DNA from: Bacteroidaceae bacterium
GTDB taxonomy: Bacteria > Bacteroidota > Bacteroidia > Bacteroidales > Bacteroidaceae
Reading direction: 5' to 3'
Assembly (NCBI GenBank): GCA_017650045.1
Contig: JAGCFP010000080.1
Span: 9,468 to 73,467 of the forward strand
DNA length: 64,000 nucleotides
The notes beneath the pieces were generated by a model, which was not told the DNA's origin, did no database searches, and was given only the letters and a program-made list of their open reading frames with translations. Both the position numbers and the translations under genes were made by a program. Below, piece by piece: positions 38,776-49,782 of this stretch (position 1 is the stretch's first letter; each line of letters opens with the position of its first letter).

Positions 38776-39321
38776 ATGAGAGATACAAGGAAACAATATG
38801 AAAAAGTAATTGCCAATTGCAGAGAACTCTTTGTCAAAAAGTTGCATGATTATGGTCCTGCTTGGCGTATCATGCGTCCCTCTTCTGTGACTGACCAACT
38901 TTTCATCAAGGCCAATAGAATTCGGAGTATTGAAATCAAGGGAGTGGCGATGGTGAATGAAGGTATCCAGCCCGAATTCATGGCGATTGTCAATTATGGA
39001 GTAATCGGATTGATACAATTGGAGCTTGGCTATGCTGAGACTGCTGATATCTCCAACGAAAAGGCTTTGGAGCTATATGATAAATATGTAAACACTGCCA
39101 TGAACCTCATGTTGGCAAAGAATCATGATTATGATGAGGCTTGGAGAGGCATGCGCATTAGCTCATATACAGATGTGATTTTAATGAAACTCTATCGTAC
39201 GAAGCAGATAGAGGACTTGGCTGGTAAGACATTGGTGTCTGAAGGTATTGATGCCAATTTCATGGATATGATTAATTATGCGGTCTTTGGCTTAATAAAG
39301 TTGGAGTTTGGAGAAGATTAA
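38776..39321 (+). CDS. DUF1599 (nucleotide modification-associated) domain protein
   Basis: Duplicated K.HDY..AWR motifs, D.INYA. Confidence 0.8.
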   Translation: MRDTRKQYEKVIANCRELFVKKLHDYGPAWRIMRPSSVTDQLFIKANRIRSIEIKGVAMVNEGIQPEFMAIVNYGVIGLIQLELGYAETADISNEKALELYDKYVNTAMNLMLAKNHDYDEAWRGMRISSYTDVILMKLYRTKQIEDLAGKTLVSEGIDANFMDMINYAVFGLIKLEFGED

Positions 39322-40606
39322 CTATAAGGATAGTCTCGCTTGGAAGTTATTGCTGAACCTCTGTGCTTTGCTACTTGGGTTGGTCTTTGTCTTTTCTGGT
39401 TTTGTAAAGGCAGTAGATCCCCTTGGAACCTGTTATAAGATACAGGATTATATAGAGGCTTTTGGTTTAGTTAAGGTAGTACCAGATTTTCTGCCTTTGA
39501 TGCTTTCGATAGCATTGTGCTGTCTGGAGTTTTTGATTGGCATCATGCTCTTATTGAGGGTTAGAAGACGGATTGCGACAATTTTGGTACTGTTGATGAT
39601 GATCGTGATGACACCGCTGACTTTCTATCTGGCACTGACGAATCCAATCTCAGATTGTGGCTGTTTTGGAGATGCTTTAGTATTGACCAATTGGCAGACT
39701 TTTTATAAAAACGTAGTGTTGCTTATTGGTGCCATCGTTGTTTTTATAGGGTACAACCAGTTGACCCCAATCCTGTCGTCGAAGAAAGAATGGATGGTTA
39801 CTTCCTGGAGTCTGGTGTTTATCCTTGGCATCGCTTTTTATGGACTGTACTATTTACCATTGTTTGATTTCCGCCCTTATAAGATAGGAGTGAATATCCC
39901 TCAGGCAATGGAGATTCCAGAAGGAGCCGAGTTGAGTAAGTATGACACGCGGTTTGTGTTAGAAAAAGGTGGGGAGAAAAGAGAGTTTGGTCTGGATGAT
40001 TACCCAGATAGTACCTGGACTTTCGTTGAATCAAAAACGGTGTTGGTAAAGCAAGGCTTTGAACCTCCAATACATGATTTCTCCTTGATGGACCTTGAAA
40101 CAGGAGAGGATATGACGGCGGAAGTGCTGGAGCATGAGGGTTACACCTTCCTTTTGGTGGTTCATAGAGTAGAAGAAGCTGATGATAGTGACATTGATTT
40201 AGTCAATGAGGTTTATGATTTCAGTGTGGAGTACGGGTATCATTTCTATGCGTTGACTTCATCTCCAGAAGAGGAGATAATGCTATGGCGTGAGCGAACA
40301 GGCGCCGAGTATGATTTCTTCTTGGCAGATGATATTACCCTTAAGACAATCATTCGTTCTAATCCTGGATTATTGTTATTGAGAGACGGAACGATACTTA
40401 ATAAGTGGTCGAATCGGGATTTACCAGATGAGTTTGTGATGAATGGTCCTTTGGAAGAAATAGAAATAGGGATGCAGAAGGTGGTAAATACATCTATGAG
40501 GTTATTGATGATCTTCTTGATATTCTGCATACCTTTATCCTTGCTTTTAGGACATGATCAGTTCTTGTCCTATTTAAGAAGAAGAAAGAGTAAAAATGAT
40601 TATTAA
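39308..40606 (+). CDS. BT_3928-family DoxX/MauE membrane protein with thioredoxin-like domain
   Basis: FSGFVKAVDP, DCGCFGDA, DFRPYKIG, IIRSNPG; upstream of tpiA; TTG start. Confidence 0.8.
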   Translation: MEKINYKDSLAWKLLLNLCALLLGLVFVFSGFVKAVDPLGTCYKIQDYIEAFGLVKVVPDFLPLMLSIALCCLEFLIGIMLLLRVRRRIATILVLLMMIVMTPLTFYLALTNPISDCGCFGDALVLTNWQTFYKNVVLLIGAIVVFIGYNQLTPILSSKKEWMVTSWSLVFILGIAFYGLYYLPLFDFRPYKIGVNIPQAMEIPEGAELSKYDTRFVLEKGGEKREFGLDDYPDSTWTFVESKTVLVKQGFEPPIHDFSLMDLETGEDMTAEVLEHEGYTFLLVVHRVEEADDSDIDLVNEVYDFSVEYGYHFYALTSSPEEEIMLWRERTGAEYDFFLADDITLKTIIRSNPGLLLLRDGTILNKWSNRDLPDEFVMNGPLEEIEIGMQKVVNTSMRLLMIFLIFCIPLSLLLGHDQFLSYLRRRKSKNDY

Positions 40607-40624
40607 CTTTATTTATAAAAACAA

Positions 40625-41386
40625 ATGAGAAAGAAAATTGTCGCAGGCAACTGGAAAATGAATCTGGACCTGCAAGAAGGTGTTGCTTTGGCAAAGGAAT
40701 TAAACGAGGCTTTGGCAGCAGACAAACCAAATTGCGATGTTGTTATTTGTACTCCTTTCATTCACCTGGCTTCAGTAGCTCCAGTTCTGGATTGCAACCT
40801 GATAGGTCTTGGTGCAGAGAACTGCGCTGACAAGGAGAAGGGTGCATATACTGGTGAGGTTTCTGCAAAGATGGTAAAGAGCACTGGTGCACAATATGTA
40901 ATCCTTGGCCATTCTGAGCGTCGTGAGTACTATAAGGAAACTCCTGAGATCTTGAAGGAAAAGGTACTGTTGGCTTTGGCTAATGGTTTGAAGGTTATCT
41001 TCTGCATCGGTGAGAGTCTTGAAGAGCGTGAAGCCAATAAGCAGAATGAGGTTGTAAAGGCAGAGCTTGAAGGAAGTGTATTTAATCTGAGTGCTGAGGA
41101 CTTTGCTAAGATTGTCATCGCTTACGAGCCTATTTGGGCCATTGGTACAGGTAAGACTGCTACAGCAGAGCAGGCTGAGGAGATTCATGCTTATATCCGT
41201 GGTTGTGTGGCAGAAAAGTATGGCGCAGAGGTAGCTGAGAATACTTCTATTCTTTATGGTGGTAGTTGCAAGGCCAGCAATGCTCCTGAATTGTTTGCAA
41301 AGCCTGATATTGATGGTGGCTTGATTGGTGGTGCTTCTTTGAAGTGCGCTGATTTCAAGGGTATCATTGATGCTTGGAAGAAATAA
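40625..41386 (+). CDS. tpiA: Triosephosphate isomerase
   Basis: [28 protein letters not shown]. Confidence 0.98.
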   Translation: MRKKIVAGNWKMNLDLQEGVALAKELNEALAADKPNCDVVICTPFIHLASVAPVLDCNLIGLGAENCADKEKGAYTGEVSAKMVKSTGAQYVILGHSERREYYKETPEILKEKVLLALANGLKVIFCIGESLEEREANKQNEVVKAELEGSVFNLSAEDFAKIVIAYEPIWAIGTGKTATAEQAEEIHAYIRGCVAEKYGAEVAENTSILYGGSCKASNAPELFAKPDIDGGLIGGASLKCADFKGIIDAWKK

Positions 41387-41400
41387 ATAGTTCTTATATC

Positions 41401-41432
41401 GGCTGTGCCAGTGTTTTCTGGCATAGCCTTTT
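41401..41432 (+). terminator. Terminator after tpiA
   Basis: GGCTGTGCCAG-TGTTTT-CTGGCATAGCC-TTTT. Confidence 0.8.
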
Positions 41433-41461
41433 GTTTTTTCACTGTAAAAAGCATTCGAATA

Positions 41462-41941
41462 ATGAAAAAGTTTTTTGGAATCTGTTTTTTCCTGATTGCT
41501 CAGTTTGGGATGGGAGTCTCAGCGCAGAGCATTATTGAACATTTGCAGAAGGATGGAGCAGGTCTGGGAACTATAACCATCCATCAGGACAATGATATTG
41601 CTGCTTTGTTGAGTTCCGACTTGGCTGCCTCCATGGGTTCTCAAAGCAAATCTGCTTCAAACAAGGGTACTCTGAAAAAGCAAGGATACAGAGTGCAAGT
41701 GTATGTAGGCAGTAATACCAGAGCTTCGAAGAATGAGGCCAGTCGTGTGGCTTCTGAGGTTAGGAGTAAGTTCCCTGAGCTGACGGTTTATGCCATGTTC
41801 AATCCTCCGCGTTGGCTCTGTCGTGTGGGAGATTTCAGAACCATCGAAGAAGCCCATGCAGCCATGAGAGAATTAAGGAGAGAAGGTAATTTTAGGGAAG
41901 TTTCCGTAGTTAAAGATCAAATAGTTATACCTGCAGAATAA
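41462..41941 (+). CDS. SPOR-domain periplasmic protein
   Basis: Signal peptide; [20 protein letters not shown]. Confidence 0.85.
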   Translation: MKKFFGICFFLIAQFGMGVSAQSIIEHLQKDGAGLGTITIHQDNDIAALLSSDLAASMGSQSKSASNKGTLKKQGYRVQVYVGSNTRASKNEASRVASEVRSKFPELTVYAMFNPPRWLCRVGDFRTIEEAHAAMRELRREGNFREVSVVKDQIVIPAE

Positions 41942-41942
41942 G

Positions 41943-42530
41943 ATGTTAGAAAACGAAGTTGTGGAATCTCCAGTGTTGGAGGAATTGAAAGATCATTATA
42001 AGCGCATCATTACTCTTCTTGGAGAAGATGTGCATCGTGAAGGATTGCTTAAGACACCTGAGCGTGTGGCTAAGGCCATGGTTACGCTGACTAAAGGGTA
42101 TGAGATAGATCCTCACGAAGTACTGCTTTCTGCCCGTTTCAGGGAAGATTATAAGCAGATGGTAATAGTGAAGGATATCGATTTCTTCTCTCTCTGTGAG
42201 CATCACATGCTTCCTTTCTATGGCAAGGCTCATGTGGCTTATATTCCTAATGAATATATTACCGGACTTAGTAAGATTGCTCGCGTGGTAGATATTTTCT
42301 CTCACCGACTCCAAGTGCAGGAGCGTATGACTACCCAGATAAAAGAGTGTATTCAGGAGACTCTCTGTCCGATGGGTGTGATGGTGGTGTTGGAAGCGAA
42401 GCACATGTGTATGCAGATGCGTGGTGTGGAAAAACAAAATGCGATAACGACCACTTCTGATTTTACCGGAGCTTTCAATCAAGCTAAGACCCGTGCCGAG
42501 TTTATGGATCTTATCCGGAATAACTCATAG
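41943..42530 (+). CDS. folE: GTP cyclohydrolase I
   Basis: [30 protein letters not shown]. Confidence 0.97.
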   Translation: MLENEVVESPVLEELKDHYKRIITLLGEDVHREGLLKTPERVAKAMVTLTKGYEIDPHEVLLSARFREDYKQMVIVKDIDFFSLCEHHMLPFYGKAHVAYIPNEYITGLSKIARVVDIFSHRLQVQERMTTQIKECIQETLCPMGVMVVLEAKHMCMQMRGVEKQNAITTTSDFTGAFNQAKTRAEFMDLIRNNS

Positions 42531-44558
42531 GTTCAATACTACACGGTCTCCCAAAGTTTTGGCCATTATTTTCTGGACTTCAAGGAGTTCGGTATATTCC
42601 TTTATTATAGCATTACACTGTTGTTCGTCTTTGGTTTTTGATGCTTCTTGTAATTCGTGCATCAGTGTTTTGAGCTTGTTGCTTACAACGGCATATTTGA
42701 AATTGGTCATCAAGATGGGGACCAATTCTGTCAACCTGTCCTTATCATTTACTACCGTCTGATTTTTGAAATGATACTTGCTTAGATGGTATCTGTCGCT
42801 AATCAAGTTCACACTGACTTGGTTGACCTCTGGATTACCATGATGTGTAAAGAAGTGCTCAGCCTTGAACCCTTCTTCTGATTGATGGCGTATGGCTTCC
42901 TCTAATATCTGCTGATAGATAGGGTGATGGAATCTTAATTTATCTATGTCCATTTCATGCGCAATGTAGCTTATTACATTGACTGGTTTCCTCCCCTCTT
43001 CCGTATCTTCTTCACACATGGTTTCCTCGCCATAGCGGACGATCATCTGCGTCAGCATTCGTTCGTAGGCTTCAAAGACGCGACTCTCTTTCACCATGGC
43101 TTGTTGTTCACTTGATACGCTTTCTGCAATATTCCATTCCTTAGGAACTGGAGGTGGGACGTTATCATCAGGTGCAGATTCAGAGGAAGAAGGTACATCT
43201 TGTTGCCTGTTCTTCTCCCTTTCCTTGCGTTTGGCTTCGTCATCTGCGTGTTTCTCCCTTCTTTTCGCCACTTCGCTTACCAGAATTTTGTCGTCCATCT
43301 GCAGCATCTGGGCACATTCCTTGATATAGATATCGCGTACGATAGCTTCAGGAATCACTGCAATGCTCTCCATCAGGCTACCAATCAGTTCGGCACGTTT
43401 AATGGGGTCACGCTCAGCATCTTTCATCAGCAAGTTAGTCTTAAAGCGGATGAAGTCAGTTTCATGTTGTTCAATGAATGCCTGGTATTCCGATGCGTTA
43501 TGTTTGCGGGCAAATGAATCAGGATCTTCTCCATCGGGCAAGAGGCAGACTTTGACGTTCATACCCTCTGCCAAAAGCAAGTCGGTACCACGAAGCGCTG
43601 CATGTATGCCAGCCTCGTCGCCATCATATAATACGGTGATATTGCTGGTGAAGCGATGTATCAACCTGATTTGTGCTTCTGTTAAGGCCGTTCCGCTGGA
43701 TGCCACCACATTCTCAATACCACTTTGGTGCATGGAGATAACATCGGTGTAACCTTCTACCAGGAAGCAACGGTCTTTCTTCATGATGGCTTGCTTGGCA
43801 AAATAGAGTCCGTAAAGGTTATTGCCTTTCGTAAAGATTTCGCTTTCTGGAGAGTTGACGTATTTTTGTGCCACCCCTTTGGTTTCACGAGAAAGGACAC
43901 GTCCGCCGAATGCCACGACCTTACCGCTCAGTGTATGGAAAGGGAAGATGACACGCCCCCAGAAACGGTCACGCAGTCGATGGTCTTCTGTTTCGTAGCA
44001 GAGTCCTGTCTTTATCAGATAGTCTTTCTTATAGCTTTTCTTCAGAGCTTCACTGGCCAGCGCATCACGCTTCTCAAGAGAGTAGCCTAATTGGAACTTT
44101 TGAATGATGTCATCGCGAAACCCACGGTCGCGAAAATAAGCCAGTCCAATGTTACGACCTTCTTCACTTTGTTGGAGTTGTTGTTGGAACCAGTCGCGCG
44201 CAAATTGATTGACTACAAATAGACTTTCGCGTTCCGTCTGACTCTGTCGTTCCTCGTCTGTTGGTTCTTTTTCCTTGATCTCGATGTTGTATTTCTTTGC
44301 TAAATAACGCAAGGCATCGGGCCAAGACATCTGTTCGTGTTCCATCACGAAGCCTGCAGCGTTGCCAGCTTTTCCACAAGCAAAGCATTTAAAAATACCC
44401 TTGGCAGGTGAAACGTACATAGAGGGCGACTTGTCATCGTGGAATGGACACAAACCCACATAGTTCACACCACGCTTCTTCAGTGTGACAAAGTCGGACA
44501 CCACATCTACTATCTGTGCTGTGTCCAGAATCCGTTCTATGGTGGGTTGGTCAATCAT
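42525..44558 (-). CDS. dnaG: DNA primase
   Basis: CPFH..CFAC zinc finger, FGGR, KYVNSPE, EGYTD, YDGDEAG, DPD. Confidence 0.97.
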   Translation of the reverse strand: MIDQPTIERILDTAQIVDVVSDFVTLKKRGVNYVGLCPFHDDKSPSMYVSPAKGIFKCFACGKAGNAAGFVMEHEQMSWPDALRYLAKKYNIEIKEKEPTDEERQSQTERESLFVVNQFARDWFQQQLQQSEEGRNIGLAYFRDRGFRDDIIQKFQLGYSLEKRDALASEALKKSYKKDYLIKTGLCYETEDHRLRDRFWGRVIFPFHTLSGKVVAFGGRVLSRETKGVAQKYVNSPESEIFTKGNNLYGLYFAKQAIMKKDRCFLVEGYTDVISMHQSGIENVVASSGTALTEAQIRLIHRFTSNITVLYDGDEAGIHAALRGTDLLLAEGMNVKVCLLPDGEDPDSFARKHNASEYQAFIEQHETDFIRFKTNLLMKDAERDPIKRAELIGSLMESIAVIPEAIVRDIYIKECAQMLQMDDKILVSEVAKRREKHADDEAKRKEREKNRQQDVPSSSESAPDDNVPPPVPKEWNIAESVSSEQQAMVKESRVFEAYERMLTQMIVRYGEETMCEEDTEEGRKPVNVISYIAHEMDIDKLRFHHPIYQQILEEAIRHQSEEGFKAEHFFTHHGNPEVNQVSVNLISDRYHLSKYHFKNQTVVNDKDRLTELVPILMTNFKYAVVSNKLKTLMHELQEASKTKDEQQCNAIIKEYTELLEVQKIMAKTLGDRVVLNL

Positions 44559-44586
44559 GTGAGCAAAGATAGTGATTTCTTTCTTA

Positions 44587-45360
44587 TCAAAGCACGTTCT
44601 TCCTGATTTTCTCTAAGTATCGTTTCATGCCCTCCTCATCTTTCTGTTCAATGATTCCGAGCAGCTCCTTCAATTCCTTACGGATATTTTCCACCTGATG
44701 CTGTGTACGGGGATTAAAGAGAATTTCCTGCAAAAGATAATCGTCTTCATTTAGTACGCCATGAGCAATGGCCAAGTGTTTCTTGAACGTAGTACCAGGA
44801 GCATCCTGGTGTTTCATCACGGCAGAGAACACGAAGGTAGAGACAAATGGGATAGAGAGCGAGTAAGCTACTGTTTCATCGTGCTCTTCGAAAGTGTATT
44901 CGAAAATCCGAAGATTGAGTTGCTGATAGAGGTCCTTGAAGAAGATGCGTCCCAGATGGTCGCCCTCCTTGATGATGATGGCACTCTCGTTGCTAAGATT
45001 GCTCAGGTTGGCAAAGGTAGGACCAAACATCGGGTGACTGCTTACAAAGCGGAAACCACTCTGCTCATAGAATTCCTTCATCCCTGTTTTCACACTGGTA
45101 ATGTCGCTTAGGATACAGTCTTTTGGCAAGACAGGAATCACCGTCTGGAAAGCATCCAGCGTATGGTTCAGCGTAACAGCATTGATCACCAATTCTGGGG
45201 CAAACCCTTTAACTTCATCCAACGTAGTATAGCGGTAGGTATGATAGATGAAGCGCAGGGCTTGTACATTGGTATCAAACACAGCTACTTCATGCTGAAA
45301 GCTCAGTACATCGGCCAGAAAGGTGCCCATCTTGCCTGCTCCTAAAATAAGTATTCTCAT
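44587..45360 (-). CDS. tyrA: Prephenate dehydrogenase
   Basis: GAGKMG, DITSVK, HPMFGP, EHD; operon context. Confidence 0.9.
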   Translation of the reverse strand: MRILILGAGKMGTFLADVLSFQHEVAVFDTNVQALRFIYHTYRYTTLDEVKGFAPELVINAVTLNHTLDAFQTVIPVLPKDCILSDITSVKTGMKEFYEQSGFRFVSSHPMFGPTFANLSNLSNESAIIIKEGDHLGRIFFKDLYQQLNLRIFEYTFEEHDETVAYSLSIPFVSTFVFSAVMKHQDAPGTTFKKHLAIAHGVLNEDDYLLQEILFNPRTQHQVENIRKELKELLGIIEQKDEEGMKRYLEKIRKNVL

Positions 45361-45372
45361 ATGATTGGCATT

Positions 45373-46440
45373 TTATTTATTAAGAATCTCTAACTGTTGG
45401 CGTACACTCTCACTGTGGATAGCCTCAAAGACTACGCGTACAAAATCACTTCCTAAGCCACAAAGAGCCCCTTGAGAGCCTCGCTTTTCCAGAATTTCGT
45501 TGTAACGACCAGTCTGCACAATGGCCATGTTATGCTCCTTCTTGTAAGTACCTATCTCACGTGCCACCCTCATGCGTTTCGCCAATCCTTGGATGAGGCT
45601 TTCATCGCATTCATCAATCTGCTTGCGCAATTCTGCCAGACTCTCAGTGGTATATTTCACGTCACGTATCACCAGAAGGTTCAATATGTAATCGAGTATA
45701 TCTGGAGTTACTTGCTGTGCGGCATCACTCCATGCCTTCTCAGGGGAGCAATGGCTTTCCACGATAAGACCATCGAAACCTAAGTCCATGGCCTGCTGGC
45801 ATAGAGGGGCAACCAGTTCACGCTTACCACCCATGTGGCTAGGATCGCAGATGATGGTTAGATCAGGTATGCGACGTCGCAGTTCGATGGGGATGTGCCA
45901 CAGAGGCAGGTTACGATAGATTTTCTTCTCACTGCTGGTAAAACCACGATGAATGGCTCCCAGACGACGTATCCCCGCATTGTTCAGTCGTTCCATAGCA
46001 CCTATCCATAATTCCAAGTCGGGATTTACGGGATTCTTCACCAATACAGGAATATCCACCCCTTTTAGGGAGTCGGCTATTTCTTGCATGGCAAAAGGAT
46101 TGGCAGATGTACGGGCACCAATCCACAGGAGGTCGATGCCAGCTTTGAGGGCAGCTTCCACATGCTTAGTGTTGGCCACTTCCGTCGTAACGTACATGCC
46201 AGTTTCTTCTTTCACGCGTTTCATCCACGCCAGTCCTGGTTCTCCTACACCTTCGAAACCTCCTGGTTTGGTGCGAGGTTTCCAGATGCCAGCACGAAAT
46301 ATCTTAATGCCGTTTTTAGCCAAAGCCTTAGCAGTGGTCATCACTTGTTCTTCTGTCTCTGCGCTGCATGGGCCCGCTATTACCAGCGGACGGTCTTCAC
46401 TTACGCCTTGCAGCTTAATGGGTTGTAAATCCAGTTCCAT
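45373..46440 (-). CDS. Bifunctional DAHP synthase (type I-beta) / chorismate mutase
   Basis: IAGPCS, WKPRT, IGAR, DPSH; C-terminal AroQ LAELRKQIDECD..R..IG.YK. Confidence 0.92.
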   Translation of the reverse strand: MELDLQPIKLQGVSEDRPLVIAGPCSAETEEQVMTTAKALAKNGIKIFRAGIWKPRTKPGGFEGVGEPGLAWMKRVKEETGMYVTTEVANTKHVEAALKAGIDLLWIGARTSANPFAMQEIADSLKGVDIPVLVKNPVNPDLELWIGAMERLNNAGIRRLGAIHRGFTSSEKKIYRNLPLWHIPIELRRRIPDLTIICDPSHMGGKRELVAPLCQQAMDLGFDGLIVESHCSPEKAWSDAAQQVTPDILDYILNLLVIRDVKYTTESLAELRKQIDECDESLIQGLAKRMRVAREIGTYKKEHNMAIVQTGRYNEILEKRGSQGALCGLGSDFVRVVFEAIHSESVRQQLEILNK

Positions 46441-46451
46441 ATTCTTAATTT

Positions 46452-47636
46452 TTAATGTTTCAATTCCTTAATTCGTTGAAGTGCTTCGCTAAGCCTATCG
46501 TCCTTACAGCAAAGCGAGATGCGGATAAAGCGTTTGCCATTGCTTCCAAAGATAAAGCCTGGAGTGATGAAGACTCTGGCTTCATGCAGCACACGCTCCG
46601 TCAGTTCTTCCACATCGGCATAATGGTCGGGAATGCGTCCCCAGAGGAACATGCCTACCTGCTTCTCATCATAGGTGCAACCAAGTTCCTTCATAATCTC
46701 TCCTGCCAAAGCACGACGACGGCGATAGTTGGCATTATTGCCTTCATACCAGTCGGCTTCAGCTTCCAGAGCTGTGGCTGCAGCCAATTGCATGGCACGG
46801 AACATACCACTGTCAATGTTGCTCTTGACTTTCAGTACCCAACTGATGAAGTCCTTATTAGATGCCAGCATACCGATGCGCCATCCTGGCATGTTGTGGG
46901 CTTTGCTCATGGAGTTGAACTCTATACAGCAATCCTTGGCACCAGGTACACTGAGGATGCTCAGTGGATGGTCGTTCAGGATAAAGCTGTAAGGGTTGTC
47001 GTTCACAATGACAATGTTTTTCTCCTTTGCCAATCTAACCAGTCGCTCATACAGTGCTGGTGTGGCATTCGTTCCTGTCGGCATGTGTGGATAGTTGGTC
47101 CACATCAGTTTCACGCGACTCATGTCCATCTGATCCAACTGGTCGAAATCTGGCATCCATCCATTCTCTTCCTTCAGATCATAATAAACGACCTCTGCAC
47201 CTAAGATCTTGCTTAGAGAGGTATAGGTAGGATAGCCAGGATTAGGCACCAATACCTGCTCCCCAGGGTTTACGAATGCCAACGTCACATGCAGGATACC
47301 CTCCTTAGAACCTATCAAGGGTTGAATTTCTGTCTGAGGATTCAGATCCACATTGTACCATTTCTTATACCAATCTGCAAATCCTTGACGCAATTCTGGA
47401 ATGCCTACATAAGGCATGTAACCGTGACCATTAGGATTCTTTGCTTCTTCACAAAGGCGATTAATAGCCTTCTCCGAAGGTGGCATGTCGGGACTTCCTA
47501 TACCAAGGCTTATCACGTCCATTCCTGCGGCATTCATCTGTGCCACTTCCTTCAGTTTGCGAGAGAAATAATACTCGCTCACACTGTTCAGCCTATCAGC
47601 CGGCTGTATCTTAGATGGTTGATTTTCCTGCTTCAT
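46452..47636 (-). CDS. Class I/II PLP aminotransferase (aromatic pathway)
   Basis: LGIGSPD, NYPH.PTG, DNPY, SMSKAHNMPGWRIG; ATG 47636 (TTG 47645 alternative). Confidence 0.9.
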   Translation of the reverse strand: MKQENQPSKIQPADRLNSVSEYYFSRKLKEVAQMNAAGMDVISLGIGSPDMPPSEKAINRLCEEAKNPNGHGYMPYVGIPELRQGFADWYKKWYNVDLNPQTEIQPLIGSKEGILHVTLAFVNPGEQVLVPNPGYPTYTSLSKILGAEVVYYDLKEENGWMPDFDQLDQMDMSRVKLMWTNYPHMPTGTNATPALYERLVRLAKEKNIVIVNDNPYSFILNDHPLSILSVPGAKDCCIEFNSMSKAHNMPGWRIGMLASNKDFISWVLKVKSNIDSGMFRAMQLAAATALEAEADWYEGNNANYRRRRALAGEIMKELGCTYDEKQVGMFLWGRIPDHYADVEELTERVLHEARVFITPGFIFGSNGKRFIRISLCCKDDRLSEALQRIKELKH

Positions 47637-48453
47637 ATTCTCCAAGTATTTTAAGTTCTTTTGTCAGTGGACTGATGGCACTGATGCCTTGCTTGTACCT
47701 TAATATATTATTGAACTCCACATCTACGTAGAATTGATATTCCCATTCTCTTCCGATGATGGGGAGCGACTGTATTTTCGTGAGGTTGATCTGATAGAAA
47801 GAGAGGATGCTCAGCACTTGCGACAAGCTACCTTCATGGTGGGGAAGGGTAAATACCAGACTGGCTTTATTGTACGTACCCTTCAGTTTCAGTTCGTCAG
47901 CTTGCCAAGGATCTGCCACTACTAAGAAGCGGGTGAAGTTGTGCTTGTTGGTTTCAATGCCCTCTTGCAGTACCTTCATGCCGTAGTATTCTGCAGCAGC
48001 CTTTGAGCAGATGGCAGCATGGCCGTGCAAATTATCCCTTTTGATAATCATGGCACTTAGCGCTGTATCTTCTGTTTCCACTAATTTCATGCGAGGATGC
48101 TTGTTCAAGAAATCACGACACTGCATCAGGGCAATGGGGTGGGAGTTTACTTCCGTGAGAGCCTCCCAATCATCGTCAGGCAGACAGACGAAGCTATGTG
48201 AGATGCGCAACTTATGTTCTCCTACTATCTGTACGCCGCTTTGCTTCAGCAGTTCGTAGTTGTGCAACAAACTGCCTGCGATGGTATTCTCTATGGCGCA
48301 GAGTCCTATCACATTGCTGTCGTCCTTGATGGCATCGAATATTTGTTCGAACGTGGAGCAACACAACAGTTCTATTTCTTCATCAGAGAAAAACTGATGC
48401 GCAGCCACATCGTGGAACGATCCGATGCCTCCTTGTATTGCTATCTTTTTCAT
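47611..48453 (-). CDS. pheA: Prephenate dehydratase with ACT domain
   Basis: AIQG..GS, IENTIAG, SHPIAL.QC, NFTRF, NLTKIQS.P; ATG 48453. Confidence 0.93.
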   Translation of the reverse strand: MKKIAIQGGIGSFHDVAAHQFFSDEEIELLCCSTFEQIFDAIKDDSNVIGLCAIENTIAGSLLHNYELLKQSGVQIVGEHKLRISHSFVCLPDDDWEALTEVNSHPIALMQCRDFLNKHPRMKLVETEDTALSAMIIKRDNLHGHAAICSKAAAEYYGMKVLQEGIETNKHNFTRFLVVADPWQADELKLKGTYNKASLVFTLPHHEGSLSQVLSILSFYQINLTKIQSLPIIGREWEYQFYVDVEFNNILRYKQGISAISPLTKELKILGEYEAGKSTI

Positions 48454-48465
48454 AAAATGATTAAT

Positions 48466-48497
48466 AAAAAATCCCACTCAAACATTGAGCGGGATTT
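48466..48497 (-). terminator. Attenuator terminator of the pheA operon
   Basis: Minus strand AAATCCCGCTCAA..TTGAGTGGGATTTTTT, ending 12 nt before the pheA ATG. Confidence 0.85.
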
Positions 48498-48541
48498 CTA
48501 TGTTCAACTTTCTGTTTTTTCTTAGTTCTTAAGCGTCGCTG

Positions 48542-48628
48542 TCACTCGGCACATACAAACTCCCGCTCTACTTCATGGCTAAAGTAAAAGTAATAAAAGG
48601 AATAATATGCGTAAGTAAACTGCTTCAT
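48542..48628 (-). CDS. Phe/Tyr-rich leader peptide MKQFTYAYYSFYYFYFSHEVEREFVCAE
   Basis: 10 of the first 16 codons are Phe or Tyr; downstream of promoter box TACATTTG (48663-48656); upstream of the attenuator. Confidence 0.9.
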   Translation of the reverse strand: MKQFTYAYYSFYYFYFSHEVEREFVCAE

Positions 48629-48710
48629 TTTTACAATTTAAATGCTTATCGGGTGCAAATGTAATGAAAATTTCTTATTTCCAAACAAATTGTCACAATT
48701 TTTTCTTTTT

Positions 48711-48743
48711 AATGTTCAATGCTCAATGTTCAATGTTCAATGT
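48711..48743. repeat. Heptamer array (AATGYTC)x4.7
   Basis: AATGTTC AATGCTC AATGTTC AATGTTC AATGT next to the TPR gene stop. Confidence 0.9.
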
Positions 48744-48744
48744 C

Positions 48745-49596
48745 TTACAGTCCCAACACATCTCGTTTTTCCATACCTCCAATGGTATAGTTGGGCAGGT
48801 CCTCATTGTTCAGGTTCAAGGCATTGGCTTCATCTTCCAACTTCTTGACCTCTTCAGCATTCCCTTCAGCTTGAAGTATATCGATGAGAGCAGCGTAGGC
48901 TTCCTTGTTGAATGGATTCAGTTCTATGATATGCCGATAGTCAGCTTTCGCTTTCTCAGAGTCATTTTCAACCTTATTATAAATAAACGCACGAAGTGCC
49001 AATGCCGTCTCATCTTCCTCGTGGAGTGTCAGCACTTCTTTAATGTCAGCCATCGCTTTCTCACTCTCACTAGTCTGGACAAAGAGACTTGCACGTGAGT
49101 TCAGTGCCTCTATGAAATCAGGCTGTTTTTCGATGGATCTTGTCAATGCTTCGATGGCAGCTACAGGATGCTGCAACGCTTCCTCTGCCTTTCCAAGAAG
49201 ATAATAAGCCATAGGATTCTCTGCATTACATTCCACAGCCTTCAGCGCATTGGCTTTCATGGCTTCATACTCATCCGTCATAAACAAGATATGAGCCAAG
49301 GTGATGTGCGTTTCAGTTCTCTGAGGCTGTAACTCTGCCATACGTATTAGCACATCACGCGCCTCTTCCAGGCGATTCATGGCAATAAGGGTAGTGGACT
49401 TATAACTCAATGTTTCAAAGTCCTCCTTTATGTTCAGTGCTTCATCAAAGCAACGCAGAGCGTAATCCAAGCGTCCCATACGTTGTGCCCTTACCCCATC
49501 GAACTTGAAGATATCGAAGTTTTTCTCCTCTTCTTTCTGTATGCTTTCCTCTGGTGTTTCATCCTTGCCAGTAAAAAGTGATTTCCAAAAGCCCAT
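48745..49596 (-). CDS. Tetratricopeptide repeat protein
   Basis: Repeated ~34 aa helical units ending A..L.P; N-terminal MGFWKSLF. Confidence 0.85.
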   Translation of the reverse strand: MGFWKSLFTGKDETPEESIQKEEEKNFDIFKFDGVRAQRMGRLDYALRCFDEALNIKEDFETLSYKSTTLIAMNRLEEARDVLIRMAELQPQRTETHITLAHILFMTDEYEAMKANALKAVECNAENPMAYYLLGKAEEALQHPVAAIEALTRSIEKQPDFIEALNSRASLFVQTSESEKAMADIKEVLTLHEEDETALALRAFIYNKVENDSEKAKADYRHIIELNPFNKEAYAALIDILQAEGNAEEVKKLEDEANALNLNNEDLPNYTIGGMEKRDVLGL

Positions 49597-49602
49597 CTGT
49601 TA

Positions 49603-49630
49603 AATTATGAATTATGAATTATGAATTATA
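49603..49630. repeat. Heptamer array (AATTATG)x4
   Basis: AATTATG x3 plus AATTATA just upstream of the TPR gene start. Confidence 0.9.
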
Positions 49631-49749
49631 CATTGGGTACTAAGCGTTTACTGTTTGCTTTTATTGTCTGCAAAGATAATGTAAACCTTGCAGAAAAACG
49701 AAATGATGTGAAATAAAATTTCTTGCATTTCTGAGTTTAGAAAGTAACA

Positions 49750-49781
49750 TAAAGCCGTGCACCATCACTTAGTGCACGGCT
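49750..49781 (-). terminator. Hairpin/terminator abutting the MITE-like element
   Basis: Perfect stem AGCCGTGCAC (49753-49762) / GTGCACGGCT (49772-49781). Confidence 0.65.
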
Positions 49782-49782
49782 A

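Noticed and set aside
48642-49098. Small + strand ORFs containing FNVQCS / MFNAQCS repeats
   Set aside because: Translation artefacts of the heptamer array and antisense to the TPR gene
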